From positions 1 to 42,714 of the IMG/VR virus record IMGVR_UViG_3300025390_000015: a stretch of 42,714 bases of DNA; one strand, written 5' to 3'. The position numbers and the translations under genes are program-made. A model generated the notes under the pieces. The model had not been told where the DNA came from and ran no database searches. It saw only the letters and a list, made by a program, of their open reading frames with translations. Positions 1 through 9,579 of the stretch are shown piece by piece; position 1 is the first letter of the stretch, and each line of letters opens with the position of its first letter. This DNA is from a virus. Taxonomy: Duplodnaviria > Caudoviricetes.

Positions 1-190
1 GGAGTGGGCACAGGTGCTGGAGCTGGTGCTGGTGAGGGCTCGGGTGCAGGAGCCGGTGCTGGTGAGGGCTCAGGTGCAGGAGCTGGTGCTGGAGTGGGCA
101 CAGGTGCTGGAGTGGGCACAGGTGCTGGTGAGGGCTCAGGTGCAGGAGCCGGTGCTGGAGTGGGCACAGGTGCAGGAGTGGGCTTAGGGG
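1..190 (-). repeat. Pro-X (PAPAPEPS/PVPT) coding repeat with 18-30 bp units
   Basis: Repeated ggtgctggtgagggctc(a/g)ggtgcaggagc and ggagtgggcacaggtgc units, in frame with the giant ORF. Confidence 0.9.
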
Positions 191-3100
191 GAGTTTCGCT
201 CACTAAAGTACCGTCTGGGCCATACGTTTCAGTACGACCATCAGAATAAGTATACGTAGTGCTGTTATCCGCATTTTCGACTGCTGAAGTTATTTTTTGG
301 CCAGTAATTTCAACTGTCGGGTATTGAAAACCGGTTCCGTCAGAATTATAAAGCGTGTTGTCGGGCGCTTTATACCCAATAGTACCATCAGGCATTATGG
401 TAGCCTTCCAAGAAGGATCAATTGTGTTGGTATTTGAATACCCAACAGGATCAATTGTTGCTTGGTTTTGATTATATTTATCTAAAATTTCAGAAGGAAG
501 TGTTCCACTTTCAATGACACCAGGTTCCAATAACTTTTCAAGAATAAACGATTGGGGGCCAGCAATTTCTGGGTTATTTAAGAACGCTTGGATAATAGAT
601 CTTAACGCAGAACCAGAAACACCTTGAGCAGCTTGATTCAAAATATTTTGGAAAATACGACTATTATTTACTTCTTCTGCAGTAGCGTTAATAGTTGTAA
701 CAGACGGGTTTACATTTGGATTAAGCAAAGGCCCTTTGCTCAAAGCCTTGTTAATTTCATCAATGTCGCCAGACGTGCCATAAATATTTCTAACCATTTC
801 CAAATATTTATCTGGATTGGTTTTATAAAAAATTCTTTCGGCTTCTTCTTGTGTTAAAGTTTGAGGCTCTCCGTTAACTAAATACTGGTAACTACCATCT
901 GCTGCCTGTGTTACAGGCACATTAACCAGTTTGCCTGTACCTGAACTCCAATCAATAGTGCCAATAGAAATTGGCCTGCCTTGAGAATCGACAATAGCTT
1001 GGCCGTATTTTGGAGAAGGCATTTCCGGCATTTCCGAAACTGGTCCCGCAACTTTTACATCTGGAGCAACTACCACGCTGCTTGGTGCCAATGTACCAGT
1101 TGTCTTAGCGTTGTTATAGTCTTCAGATGATGTAAAGCCCAACTGCTGGGCATTTTGCGCTTGTTCCAAGCCGGACAAAGTTGTTGCAAAACCGCCGTTT
1201 GATGCAAAAGAAGAAAGCTTGTTGTAGTCTGCGGCGTCCATGTAACCCAGGCTACGGGCATTTTGAGCGGCTTCTAAGCCGGACTTGCTTCCATCAAACC
1301 CTTGATTATTGGCATATTGTTGTAAGTTGGCATAATCAGATTGATTAGATATGCCCAAAGACAGAGCATTACCATAGTCTGTCGCGTTATTAAAGCCAGC
1401 AGCAGTGGCAGCTTGGTAGATCTGTGAATTGTTAAAGCCTTCAGCAAGGGCGGCTCGATAGGTCTGGGCATTTGTAAATCCAGCTGCAGTCGCCGCATTG
1501 TATGTTGCTGTGTTTTCAAACCCTTCACTAATTGCGGTTTTGGCTGAAGAAGCACTGAAACCGTTTGACACCATCGAATTAAAATCAGACAGTTGTTGTG
1601 CTGAAGTAAAACCTAAGTTTTGTGCAGATTGAGCATCCGACAAACTACCAAATTTTCCAGCACTTTGAAAAAGTTGCAAGTCTTGTAAGTCACCATAGCT
1701 ATTAAGGCCTAATGATTCAGCAGTATTATAATCTTGGGCGTTTGTAAAACCAGCATTTGATGCAGCTAAATACTGGGCCGCACTGGTGAATCCAGCACTT
1801 GTTGCTGAATTATAAACTGAAGCATTATTGAATCCCTCAGATTGTGCTTTATTAAAGGTTGTAGCATCACTAAAACCTTGTGAACGAGCCGTATTAAACG
1901 TTGAAGCATCACTAAAACCTTGCGAACGAGCTGTATTAAAGTCGTTGGCATTAGTAAATCCAGCGTTAGTGGCCGTCTTATAGGTGTTTGCATCCGTAAA
2001 TCCAGCATTGGTCGCCGTCTTATAGGTGTTTGCATCCGTAAATCCAGCATTGGTTGCCGTTTTATATGTGTTTGCGTCTGTAAACCCAGCATTGATTGCT
2101 GTTTTATAGGTGTTCGCGTCTGTGAAACCAGCATTCAACGCATTTTGGTATGTGTTTGCGTCTGTAAATCCAGCATTTAACGCACTTTGATAAGCACTGG
2201 CATTATTAAATCCAGCGCTCTTAGCTGCTTGATATGTATTTGAATCATTAAAGCCTTCAGACTTTGCTGTATTAAAGTCGTTAGCATTATTAAACCCAGC
2301 ATTGGTTGCGGTTTTGTAGGTATTCGCGTCTGTGAATCCGGCATTCAACGCATTTTGATATGTGTTTGCGTCTGTGAACCCAGCGTTCAATGCATTTTGA
2401 TAAGTGCTGGCATTGTTAAATCCAGCATCGGTTGCCGCTTTATAAATTTGCTCGTTATTAAAACCTTCGCTTAGAGCTCTATTATACTCGTTTGCGTTAT
2501 TGAAACCAGCATTTTGTGCCGCTTGATACGTGGCAAAATTAGAAAAACCAGCTTGTGTAGCGGCACTGTATGTTGAAGCGTTATTGAACCCTTCAGATTG
2601 CGCTTTGTTAAATGTCGCAGCATCATTAAAGCCTTCAGACTTCGCTGTATTGAAGTCACTGGCATTGCTAAATCCAGCAACAGTGGCTACTCTATAAGTA
2701 TTTGCGTCTGTGAACCCAGCATTGGTTGCGGTTTTGTAGGTATTCGCGTCTGTGAATCCGGCATTCAACGCATTTTGATATGTGTTTGCGTCTGTGAACC
2801 CAGCGTTCAATGCATTTTGATAAGTGCTGGCATTGTTAAATCCAGCATCGGTTGCCGCTTTATAAATTTGCTCGTTATTAAAACCTTCGCTTAGAGCTCT
2901 ATTATACTCGTTTGCGTTATTGAAACCAGCATTTTGTGCCGCTTGATACGTGGCAAAATTAGAAAAACCAGCTTGTGTAGCGGCACTGTATGTTGAAGCG
3001 TTATTGAACCCTTCAGATTGCGCTTTGTTAAATGTCGCAGCATCATTAAAGCCTTCAGACTTCGCTGTATTGAAGTCACTGGCATTGCTAAATCCAGCAA

Positions 3101-4631
3101 CAGTGGCTACTCTATAAGTATTTGCGTCTGTGAACCCAGCATTGGTTGCGGTTTTGTAGGTATTCGCGTCTGTGAATCCGGCATTCAACGCATTTTGATA
3201 TGTGTTTGCGTCTGTGAACCCAGCATTTTGTGCGTTCTTTGCTGTAGACAAAGAAGCAAACCCACCATTTGATGCAAACGATTGAAGAGCTTCTAATCCT
3301 TGTTCGGTATTGACGCCTAAAGACTGCGCTAAATTATAGTTATTTACATTACTAAAACCTTCTGACTGCGCTGCATTAAACGTTGTTATGTCTTTAAATC
3401 CTTCAGCTTGAGCAGCTTGTGCTTGATTTAATGAATTAAAACCGCCAGCGTTGGCAAAAGATTGAAGACTTTGTAATTCAGAAGCTGTGCTAAGACCAAG
3501 AGATGCCGCAGTATTATAATCACTAACGTTTGTAAAACCTGCTGATACCGCAGCATTAAATGTTGAAGCGTTATTGAATCCGGCTAATGTTGCTGCAGCA
3601 TAGGTTGATGCGTTGTTAAAACCTTCCGCTGTTGCATTATTGTATGAAGTGGCATCAGTAAACCCATTGTTGCGGGCAGCATAGTATGTGTTGCCGTCGG
3701 TGAATCCGCCATTTTTACCAGCTGTATAATCGGAATAGTTGCTATAGCCTGCGTTTGTAGCAGTTTGTTGCTGCAAGGCTTGTATACCGTATTGATTACC
3801 AATGCTAACTGCTTGGTTCAAAAGTTCGCTAGTTGTCAATCCTTTACCGCTAGAGGCTTTAATAAAATCCCCAATTACAGTGTTGATTGTATTTTTACTG
3901 GCAGAACTTAAATCATTAAATCCGGGTATTTGACCAGTGGTGTAGTTTACAAAAGTATTGACCAATCCCGTTGTTAAAGAATTTACAACTTGGCTTGGGT
4001 TTGTAATAGCCGTACCAACCGTGTTGGCAACCGTTCTAGCCAATGCATTCGCTGTTGAGGGATCCAGACTTAAGGTAGTTTGGAAATAATCAGATATGCC
4101 GCCTATTTGACCTTGGGCAACATAAGACACAACAGCAGAAGTTAAAGCTTTACCAAAATCTTGGCCGCTTGCTACAGCTGCGGTGAAGTTTAAAAGAGCT
4201 GCTAGTTCCGCATTACCAGAAATTGTTGCGGCAATTTGTAAAACAGGAACAAAAAACGATGAAAAATTGTCGTTAGAAGTATTTAAGTACTTTACGATTT
4301 GTTGTACTTGGGCATCGGATTGAAAATCTACAAGACCGCCGCCGCTTGGCTCATACGTCGATATGTAATTACTTACAGGATCATAATAGTATAAATACCC
4401 TGTACCACCATCTCGCCCCGGAGCTTGATAGCTCCAACCATACTGTGGATCTTTTACATTCCAGCCCGGAATTTGTCCGAGCATACTGTTCAGTTGATTA
4501 AGCGTATCACCACTAATAGCTTGGCCGTAATCGGGCGGAACAATACTAGCAAGCGTGGAAGCAACCAAACTTGGTGGCCACGATGATGTTGTGGTATTTC
4601 CGCCGCCGTAATTATCTGATCCGCCTGCCAT
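1..4631 (-). CDS. Giant repeat-rich virion (probably internal/ejection) protein, 3' end outside the window, >=1543 aa
   Basis: Absent from the ORF track because no stop lies in the window. ATG at 4631 follows an AGGA RBS (MAGGSDNYGGG...). The frame was open at every point checked. It contains many 14-aa repeats (AGFTDANTYQNALN-like) and a Pro-X tract (PEPSPAPAPAPVPT) at the window edge. Confidence 0.85.
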   Translation of the reverse strand, partial: MAGGSDNYGGGNTTTSSWPPSLVASTLASIVPPDYGQAISGDTLNQLNSMLGQIPGWNVKDPQYGWSYQAPGRDGGTGYLYYYDPVSNYISTYEPSGGGLVDFQSDAQVQQIVKYLNTSNDNFSSFFVPVLQIAATISGNAELAALLNFTAAVASGQDFGKALTSAVVSYVAQGQIGGISDYFQTTLSLDPSTANALARTVANTVGTAITNPSQVVNSLTTGLVNTFVNYTTGQIPGFNDLSSASKNTINTVIGDFIKASSGKGLTTSELLNQAVSIGNQYGIQALQQQTATNAGYSNYSDYTAGKNGGFTDGNTYYAARNNGFTDATSYNNATAEGFNNASTYAAATLAGFNNASTFNAAVSAGFTNVSDYNTAASLGLSTASELQSLQSFANAGGFNSLNQAQAAQAEGFKDITTFNAAQSEGFSNVNNYNLAQSLGVNTEQGLEALQSFASNGGFASLSTAKNAQNAGFTDANTYQNALNAGFTDANTYKTATNAGFTDANTYRVATVAGFSNASDFNTAKSEGFNDAATFNKAQSEGFNNASTYSAATQAGFSNFATYQAAQNAGFNNANEYNRALSEGFNNEQIYKAATDAGFNNASTYQNALNAGFTDANTYQNALNAGFTDANTYKTATNAGFTDANTYRVATVAGFSNASDFNTAKSEGFNDAATFNKAQSEGFNNASTYSAATQAGFSNFATYQAAQNAGFNNANEYNRALSEGFNNEQIYKAATDAGFNNASTYQNALNAGFTDANTYQNALNAGFTDANTYKTATNAGFNNANDFNTAKSEGFNDSNTYQAAKSAGFNNASAYQSALNAGFTDANTYQNALNAGFTDANTYKTAINAGFTDANTYKTATNAGFTDANTYKTATNAGFTDANTYKTATNAGFTNANDFNTARSQGFSDASTFNTARSQGFSDATTFNKAQSEGFNNASVYNSATSAGFTSAAQYLAASNAGFTNAQDYNTAESLGLNSYGDLQDLQLFQSAGKFGSLSDAQSAQNLGFTSAQQLSDFNSMVSNGFSASSAKTAISEGFENTATYNAATAAGFTNAQTYRAALAEGFNNSQIYQAATAAGFNNATDYGNALSLGISNQSDYANLQQYANNQGFDGSKSGLEAAQNARSLGYMDAADYNKLSSFASNGGFATTLSGLEQAQNAQQLGFTSSEDYNNAKTTGTLAPSSVVVAPDVKVAGPVSEMPEMPSPKYGQAIVDSQGRPISIGTIDWSSGTGKLVNVPVTQAADGSYQYLVNGEPQTLTQEEAERIFYKTNPDKYLEMVRNIYGTSGDIDEINKALSKGPLLNPNVNPSVTTINATAEEVNNSRIFQNILNQAAQGVSGSALRSIIQAFLNNPEIAGPQSFILEKLLEPGVIESGTLPSEILDKYNQNQATIDPVGYSNTNTIDPSWKATIMPDGTIGYKAPDNTLYNSDGTGFQYPTVEITGQKITSAVENADNSTTYTYSDGRTETYGPDGTLVSETPPKPTPAPVPTPAPAPAPEPSPAPVPTPAPVPTPAPAPAPEPSPAPAPAPEPSPAPAPAPVPT
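1140..3750 (-). repeat. Degenerate 42-bp (14-aa) tandem repeat array in the giant ORF
   Basis: Recurrent GF(T/N/S)(D/N)AxxYxxAxx(A/E) periodicity; near-identical 42-bp units around 1950-2200. Confidence 0.85.
2293..3224. repeat. Exact 420-bp tandem duplication (about 2.2 copies, 10 x 42 bp)
   Basis: Lines at 2341-2760 and 2761-3180 are identical; identity at a 420-bp offset spans 2293-3224. Confidence 0.95.
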
Positions 4632-4643
4632 GTTTATTAATCC

Positions 4644-4904
4644 TTAGTGGCTCTTACCGTTGATAGCAGAAGTCAGGGCACGAGCCCAGTCTTGCCAGTT
4701 GTCAAAGGTCTGCGGGTCAGCAACTGGGTAGACAGAAAAAGTTTGCAAAGACATAATTTGAGCAGCAGCACTTTGCCAATTTTCTTCGGACTCAACAGGC
4801 AATGTCTCTTGGCCATAGTAAATGACAAAGTTGCCATTCCAATCTTCCCAACTCATGTAGTCAGGAAGAAAGGGGAAAACTGGTTGTGTCTTAGGGGCGC
4901 TCAT
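4644..4904 (-). CDS. Small phage protein (Trp-rich), tail/ejection module
   Basis: ORF overlaps the upstream stop; WEDW/WQDW motifs; start at MSAP (4904) or 4916. Confidence 0.75.
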   Translation of the reverse strand: MSAPKTQPVFPFLPDYMSWEDWNGNFVIYYGQETLPVESEENWQSAAAQIMSLQTFSVYPVADPQTFDNWQDWARALTSAINGKSH

Positions 4905-7014
4905 CGCCGTACTCACAAGTTATAATATTACGACCCATTTCGTAGTTTCCATCAAGTTCATTAGATTCAAATTTTAACCTAATCAAACGATATTCTACAC
5001 GAAGATCGATCTTACCAGTGTTTTGATCAAAATAATATGGGCCAGATTCTTCCATGTCAGTACCACCGGCAAACTTGCGGCCAAGAATGGTCATTGTCAT
5101 AGTGCCGGTTTGCAAGAAGTTTGGCTCAAACCGACGCAAGTGCATACGACGATTGGCCCCTTGCAAAGCCTGACCGCTTGGTGTTCCAGTAAGCCAACCA
5201 ATGTCGCTGGTTGTAATGCTAGAGTATACAGCCTGCTCACCGGTAAACGACACGGCATTTTGACCAAACTCATGTTGCCAAATACGGTAGCCACCAGTTG
5301 CCAAATACACAGGAGAACCCGTGGCAACCGTAACTGGAAAATCTTGGGACACCGTTACCAACGTAACGCCAGGTGCGCCGATTGTTGTATTGTATACGTT
5401 CTTACTGGCAGTAATTAAATACGTTGGGTCAATGTTTGTTTTGCCCAAAGACATATAACTGCCGGGACTAAACTCGGGCGTCAAGTCACCAGAGACATAA
5501 AACTGATTTGTTCCTGCAGCTGGTTGCCCTGTTGGCGTGGCGATAGTATATTTAGGTGCGCTAAATATAGGAACATAATTCCAATCGGCCCAAATGGGGG
5601 TTGGAAAAACTTCTGTTGTATAGCCACAAGAGCGTTGTGAACCAACTGCCATACCGGCGTCGTACCACAACTTATCTTTGACATTATAAATAATTGCGTC
5701 GTTGCATTCTGTTACATTACCACGGGGGTAAAAAAACCAGATCTCATTGAAACGAGGAACTTTAGTAGCCCAAACTTTTTGACGTTGTTGATAGTTGATA
5801 TTGTCAAAAAGATAGTTGACGTTTTTATCGTTTGGCAAAACTTGCACATTACCATTGTACAAGTAAAACCGGTCAACGCCCATCCAGAAATAAACACCGT
5901 CCATTTCAGCCACGGCGTTAGACGACATGATAGAAATTTGGCTACTGATAATATCGTAAGACCAATAGTTAGGTGCTGCTGCAGCATTAAACGATACGCG
6001 AATCAAACTGTCAGTAGCCCAAAACAAACCAGAGGGCGAATTAGTACCACCCCTCATGGGCATACCCTTAACTATTTTGGAACTTGCAACGTTGGTTTGG
6101 TTGGCAAGGGGGCCGTTCCAATCGTAGAGGTTCTGAAGGTCGTAAGTAGTACTGATATTATTATTAGCAATAAAACCATTCGACCCATAGACAAAAATAA
6201 ATGGATAAAGAACACAAACGCCACCGTCAACCGAAATTGGCTGGAACGTAGGATTGGGTCCTGCGCTATCAGACAAGCCGCTAAAAGACCAACTATCCCC
6301 CGTACTGGGAACAACATTGCCCACTAAAACTTGGGACTTTACAGCATTGTCAATGCTATTTAGGTTAAGACCTGGGTGGGCCAGTAATTGAAGATTGCCA
6401 CCAAGCGGACTAAAAATCGCATCAAACTGCCAATCGTTTCTGGTATCAGAAGAAAATACAGTGCCTTTTTTCCATACCTCTGTTACTGTAACACCAGAAC
6501 CCAAAGCTGGCGTAAAAGTTATTACGGTGCTTGGTGATGTATAAGTCGGGGTTCCAGAAACAGTGTATGTTGTGGGCGTTCCAGACTGACTAAAAATAAT
6601 TTGAGTGCCGTTTGGAAACGCACTTACAGCGTTGCCAGTAACAGTGATTGTTGTGGTGGTGTTAGTTGTGACCGTTGCCGAAACTGTGCCGTTCAACATT
6701 GTGCCAGTGAAAGGGCCCGCGCCAGATCCGTAAGTAGATCCAGTACCAAAAACATCTAAGCCATTTGCGTTACCAGCAAAAACGTAGTTAACGCCGTTAT
6801 AAGGCTGGGCAAACATGCCACGATACACGCCAGTAAAACTACTAAACGTTTCCCGATAGCCGCCCATCTTTTTGGCAACACCACGTTGAAACCTGCACCA
6901 AACACCATCGGTAAATTCTTCTGTTTCAAAAACAGTGCCGTCCCGCTTTATACCTGGCTGAATAGCCAAAGTATAAACGGAATTAAATTGTTCTTGGTTA
7001 TTTAAATCTGGCAT
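4891..7014 (-). CDS. Tail/head-closure protein (P22 gp10 / tail tubular B-like, beta-rich)
   Basis: 707 aa, beta-strand-rich; FWMGVDRFYLYNGNV and FNEIWFFYP segments resemble podovirus stabilisation proteins; fits synteny. Confidence 0.7.
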   Translation of the reverse strand: MPDLNNQEQFNSVYTLAIQPGIKRDGTVFETEEFTDGVWCRFQRGVAKKMGGYRETFSSFTGVYRGMFAQPYNGVNYVFAGNANGLDVFGTGSTYGSGAGPFTGTMLNGTVSATVTTNTTTTITVTGNAVSAFPNGTQIIFSQSGTPTTYTVSGTPTYTSPSTVITFTPALGSGVTVTEVWKKGTVFSSDTRNDWQFDAIFSPLGGNLQLLAHPGLNLNSIDNAVKSQVLVGNVVPSTGDSWSFSGLSDSAGPNPTFQPISVDGGVCVLYPFIFVYGSNGFIANNNISTTYDLQNLYDWNGPLANQTNVASSKIVKGMPMRGGTNSPSGLFWATDSLIRVSFNAAAAPNYWSYDIISSQISIMSSNAVAEMDGVYFWMGVDRFYLYNGNVQVLPNDKNVNYLFDNINYQQRQKVWATKVPRFNEIWFFYPRGNVTECNDAIIYNVKDKLWYDAGMAVGSQRSCGYTTEVFPTPIWADWNYVPIFSAPKYTIATPTGQPAAGTNQFYVSGDLTPEFSPGSYMSLGKTNIDPTYLITASKNVYNTTIGAPGVTLVTVSQDFPVTVATGSPVYLATGGYRIWQHEFGQNAVSFTGEQAVYSSITTSDIGWLTGTPSGQALQGANRRMHLRRFEPNFLQTGTMTMTILGRKFAGGTDMEESGPYYFDQNTGKIDLRVEYRLIRLKFESNELDGNYEMGRNIITCEYGDERP

Positions 7015-8282
7015 TAGAATGAACCGCCAGTGATCAATTGAGCATTCAACTGGGCCGCTACCGTAACCAAAGGTTGTGCGGTATTAGAATTGTCTATACG
7101 AATAATTTCAGTTGAATTTGCAGAAAGGCCCAAAATACTTGTGCCGTCCAAATACATGCCTGAGTGTAAATCGCTATTAAAAGAAAAGGACGGCAGTCCT
7201 GCAGTACCATTTGAAGCTCTATAAACACTGGTTGAACTTGCATTTAAAATATACAAGTTAGTACCGTTACTCAACACAGTCACAATACTGCCAGTAGTCA
7301 GCGTAATGGTTGACCCGCCACTTCCAGCTAATTGGAATATGATATTATACCCAGCTTGGCCTGTGTTATTTGACAGAATATAAAACTGTGTTATGGCGGG
7401 CAAAGTGACTGTTAAATTGGCAGTACGAGTGCCAGATTGAGCCACATAAGTTTGAATGATGGGCGCTGATGCTTGCAAACTAAAAGAGTTGCCTGAGATC
7501 GAGTCAACGTCATAAGTGCCCGAAGTAAATGTCACGTTGGCAGTAGAAGCTAAACCCACTGTAATAAAAGACAGTGTGCTTACATCATAAAAGATAAAAC
7601 CGGAATCGCCGGGATTGGCAACCACAGCGCTCACGCCATTGATAGTGGCTGGTGATTGAGCTGCAAGACTTAAAGCACCGGTTCCAGAATTACGGAAACC
7701 AATGTACCATCCCGTTGTGATGCTGGTTGGCAAAGGCAAGGTAAATGTGCCTGCACCGCCGCCCCACACAAAAGTTGCCGCACGACTGGCGTCATTGATT
7801 GTTGGTGCTGAAGTAACATCAACAATATTTTGAGTCGTTGCAAGCTGGCCAGCCAAGGTGGTAAGACCAGCACCTTGCAAGGCCGCTGCGCTGGCCGATG
7901 ATGTACCGGCACCAAATGTTACGTTATTCCAAATGCCACCAACCGTAGAATTGTCGGTCAAGTAGAAGTAAAGGCTGATACCAGGCGCAATAGAAACAGA
8001 TTGGCCCGAAGCTGCATTGGTAACAAAGAAAGCGTAAGAACCAACGTTGCAGATCAAAATGTCTGCGCCCAACGTGCCTTGAGTGGCATCGGGCAACAGA
8101 ATTGTTTTGTTGGCTGCTGTTGCAGTTGCGTTGATAATTCGACTGGCTGGCGCTTCTACAGCATTAACAACAGTGGGCCAATATAACTGGGTATTGCCAG
8201 AAAATGATAGTGTAGAAAAGGAAACGTCTGTCGGGGTAACAACCGTTCCAGTAAAAGGGGAAACATAGGTTGGGGTTGTCAT
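7014..8282 (-). CDS. Virion tail/fibre-adaptor protein
   Basis: 422 aa, T/S/G/A-rich, repeated TLTLP-like modules, ends ITGGSF; lies in the tail module. Confidence 0.65.
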   Translation of the reverse strand: MTTPTYVSPFTGTVVTPTDVSFSTLSFSGNTQLYWPTVVNAVEAPASRIINATATAANKTILLPDATQGTLGADILICNVGSYAFFVTNAASGQSVSIAPGISLYFYLTDNSTVGGIWNNVTFGAGTSSASAAALQGAGLTTLAGQLATTQNIVDVTSAPTINDASRAATFVWGGGAGTFTLPLPTSITTGWYIGFRNSGTGALSLAAQSPATINGVSAVVANPGDSGFIFYDVSTLSFITVGLASTANVTFTSGTYDVDSISGNSFSLQASAPIIQTYVAQSGTRTANLTVTLPAITQFYILSNNTGQAGYNIIFQLAGSGGSTITLTTGSIVTVLSNGTNLYILNASSTSVYRASNGTAGLPSFSFNSDLHSGMYLDGTSILGLSANSTEIIRIDNSNTAQPLVTVAAQLNAQLITGGSF

Positions 8283-8285
8283 AGA

Positions 8286-8900
8286 TTAGGGTTCCTGTAC
8301 AGAAGTGTTCCGGTCCACACGACGAGTATTGTCTTCTTTCTTCAGTGCGGCAAGTGCATCGGTATAATACTGTTTCCACACTGGTAATTTATCCAGTGCT
8401 TTCAAAAAGCCTTGAGCTTGCAACAACGTGCCATATAACATAGCTTGGGGTGCTACAGCAGTAAACAAGTTTTGTTGATTTTCCGAATCCAAAGGCTGGA
8501 TCTCGCTGTAGTAAATAATTTCTACAGGATACGAAGTGTCTGGAATAGGGGCAAAGTTCCAGTTTGAGTAATCATACTCAGCATAGAACTGGGGCTTACC
8601 ATTTGAAGATTCGGCTTGGTACATCGCCACATAGTCTTGGCTACGCAGCGTAATGGGTTCGCCATTCACCTTCATGCTGACCGTCTTACGCCACCGAGCT
8701 GGCTTATTGAGAATGGCTTGATTGGTGGCGAGGGTGGTTTCTACAACAGTCAGTTGCAGATAAGTCTTCAGTTCGGCAGCAATCGAAGACTCCGCCAAGG
8801 CAATCAAATTGGGGATTGCCGCCACAAAGTCGGCATCATCCCGTTCGCTGTAATCGATAATGTTTGCTACAAGCGAATCAAAAGTCATCACAACGCTCAT
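8286..8900 (-). CDS. Head-tail adaptor-like protein
   Basis: 204 aa; IPNLIALAE, GKPQFYA, FAPIPD and MLYGTL motifs resemble podophage adaptors. Confidence 0.65.
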   Translation of the reverse strand: MSVVMTFDSLVANIIDYSERDDADFVAAIPNLIALAESSIAAELKTYLQLTVVETTLATNQAILNKPARWRKTVSMKVNGEPITLRSQDYVAMYQAESSNGKPQFYAEYDYSNWNFAPIPDTSYPVEIIYYSEIQPLDSENQQNLFTAVAPQAMLYGTLLQAQGFLKALDKLPVWKQYYTDALAALKKEDNTRRVDRNTSVQEP

Positions 8901-9563
8901 TTAAGCCCACCTACATTCTGTAATATAAGCATATTTTTTTCCGGGTTTCCCTTTGCCGTAGCACCAGTATTTAATTGTTGCTTTCGGAATATTTAAGATA
9001 ATTGAAGCTTCTTTTGCGCTTTTATATTTTGTATTGTTTACTTGGACAGCTTTTATTTGCCCTTTTGCAATACGAGTGGCTTCTCTTGTTATTTGCCGTT
9101 TTTTAATGTGTTCTTCAGTATGCGGTTTAGAAACTCCCGCAATAAATTTAGCTTTTTGTTCTTCGGACCAATATCCTACTTTACCCTCGTTCCAAGGTTT
9201 GCGGCCAAACATCCAAGGAGTATCCTTGGATTTGCCTTTTAGAGGACTTACATAGTCATCTCCGCGAGGTTGCGTAACCGGGGGTTTTACTCCCCCTTCT
9301 GCAATATTCCAACCAATTTGTCTTATAGGCCGTAATTTATTTTCTACAGCGTAGCAATAATCCGAATAACTAATTAATAAAATTTGCTTTATTAAATTTT
9401 CCCAGCCGTATTTTTTTATTGCTGCTTTTAGATGCGGATTGTCTGAGTACTTACTATGTCTTTTAAAACGGTTTTCAGTATTACTAGACACCCCAATATA
9501 CCCCTCACTAAACATGTCTGTGTGGTCTTTATGGCGTATCCAGTAAACAGAAGCGGTATCCAT
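8901..9563 (-). CDS. GIY-YIG homing endonuclease, free-standing
   Basis: N-terminal VYWI...GYIG.S...RF..H, conserved E and GWN, basic NUMOD-like C-terminus; more AT-rich than neighbours. Confidence 0.85.
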   Translation of the reverse strand: MDTASVYWIRHKDHTDMFSEGYIGVSSNTENRFKRHSKYSDNPHLKAAIKKYGWENLIKQILLISYSDYCYAVENKLRPIRQIGWNIAEGGVKPPVTQPRGDDYVSPLKGKSKDTPWMFGRKPWNEGKVGYWSEEQKAKFIAGVSKPHTEEHIKKRQITREATRIAKGQIKAVQVNNTKYKSAKEASIILNIPKATIKYWCYGKGKPGKKYAYITECRWA

Positions 9564-9579
9564 ATGTTTAACAATATTA

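Noticed and set aside
4-249. Gly-Ala silk-like plus-strand ORF
   Set aside because: Reverse complement of the Pro-X tract of the giant minus-strand gene
8901-9579. Group I intron around the GIY-YIG gene
   Set aside because: Flanking genes are complete and there is no room for intron core structure
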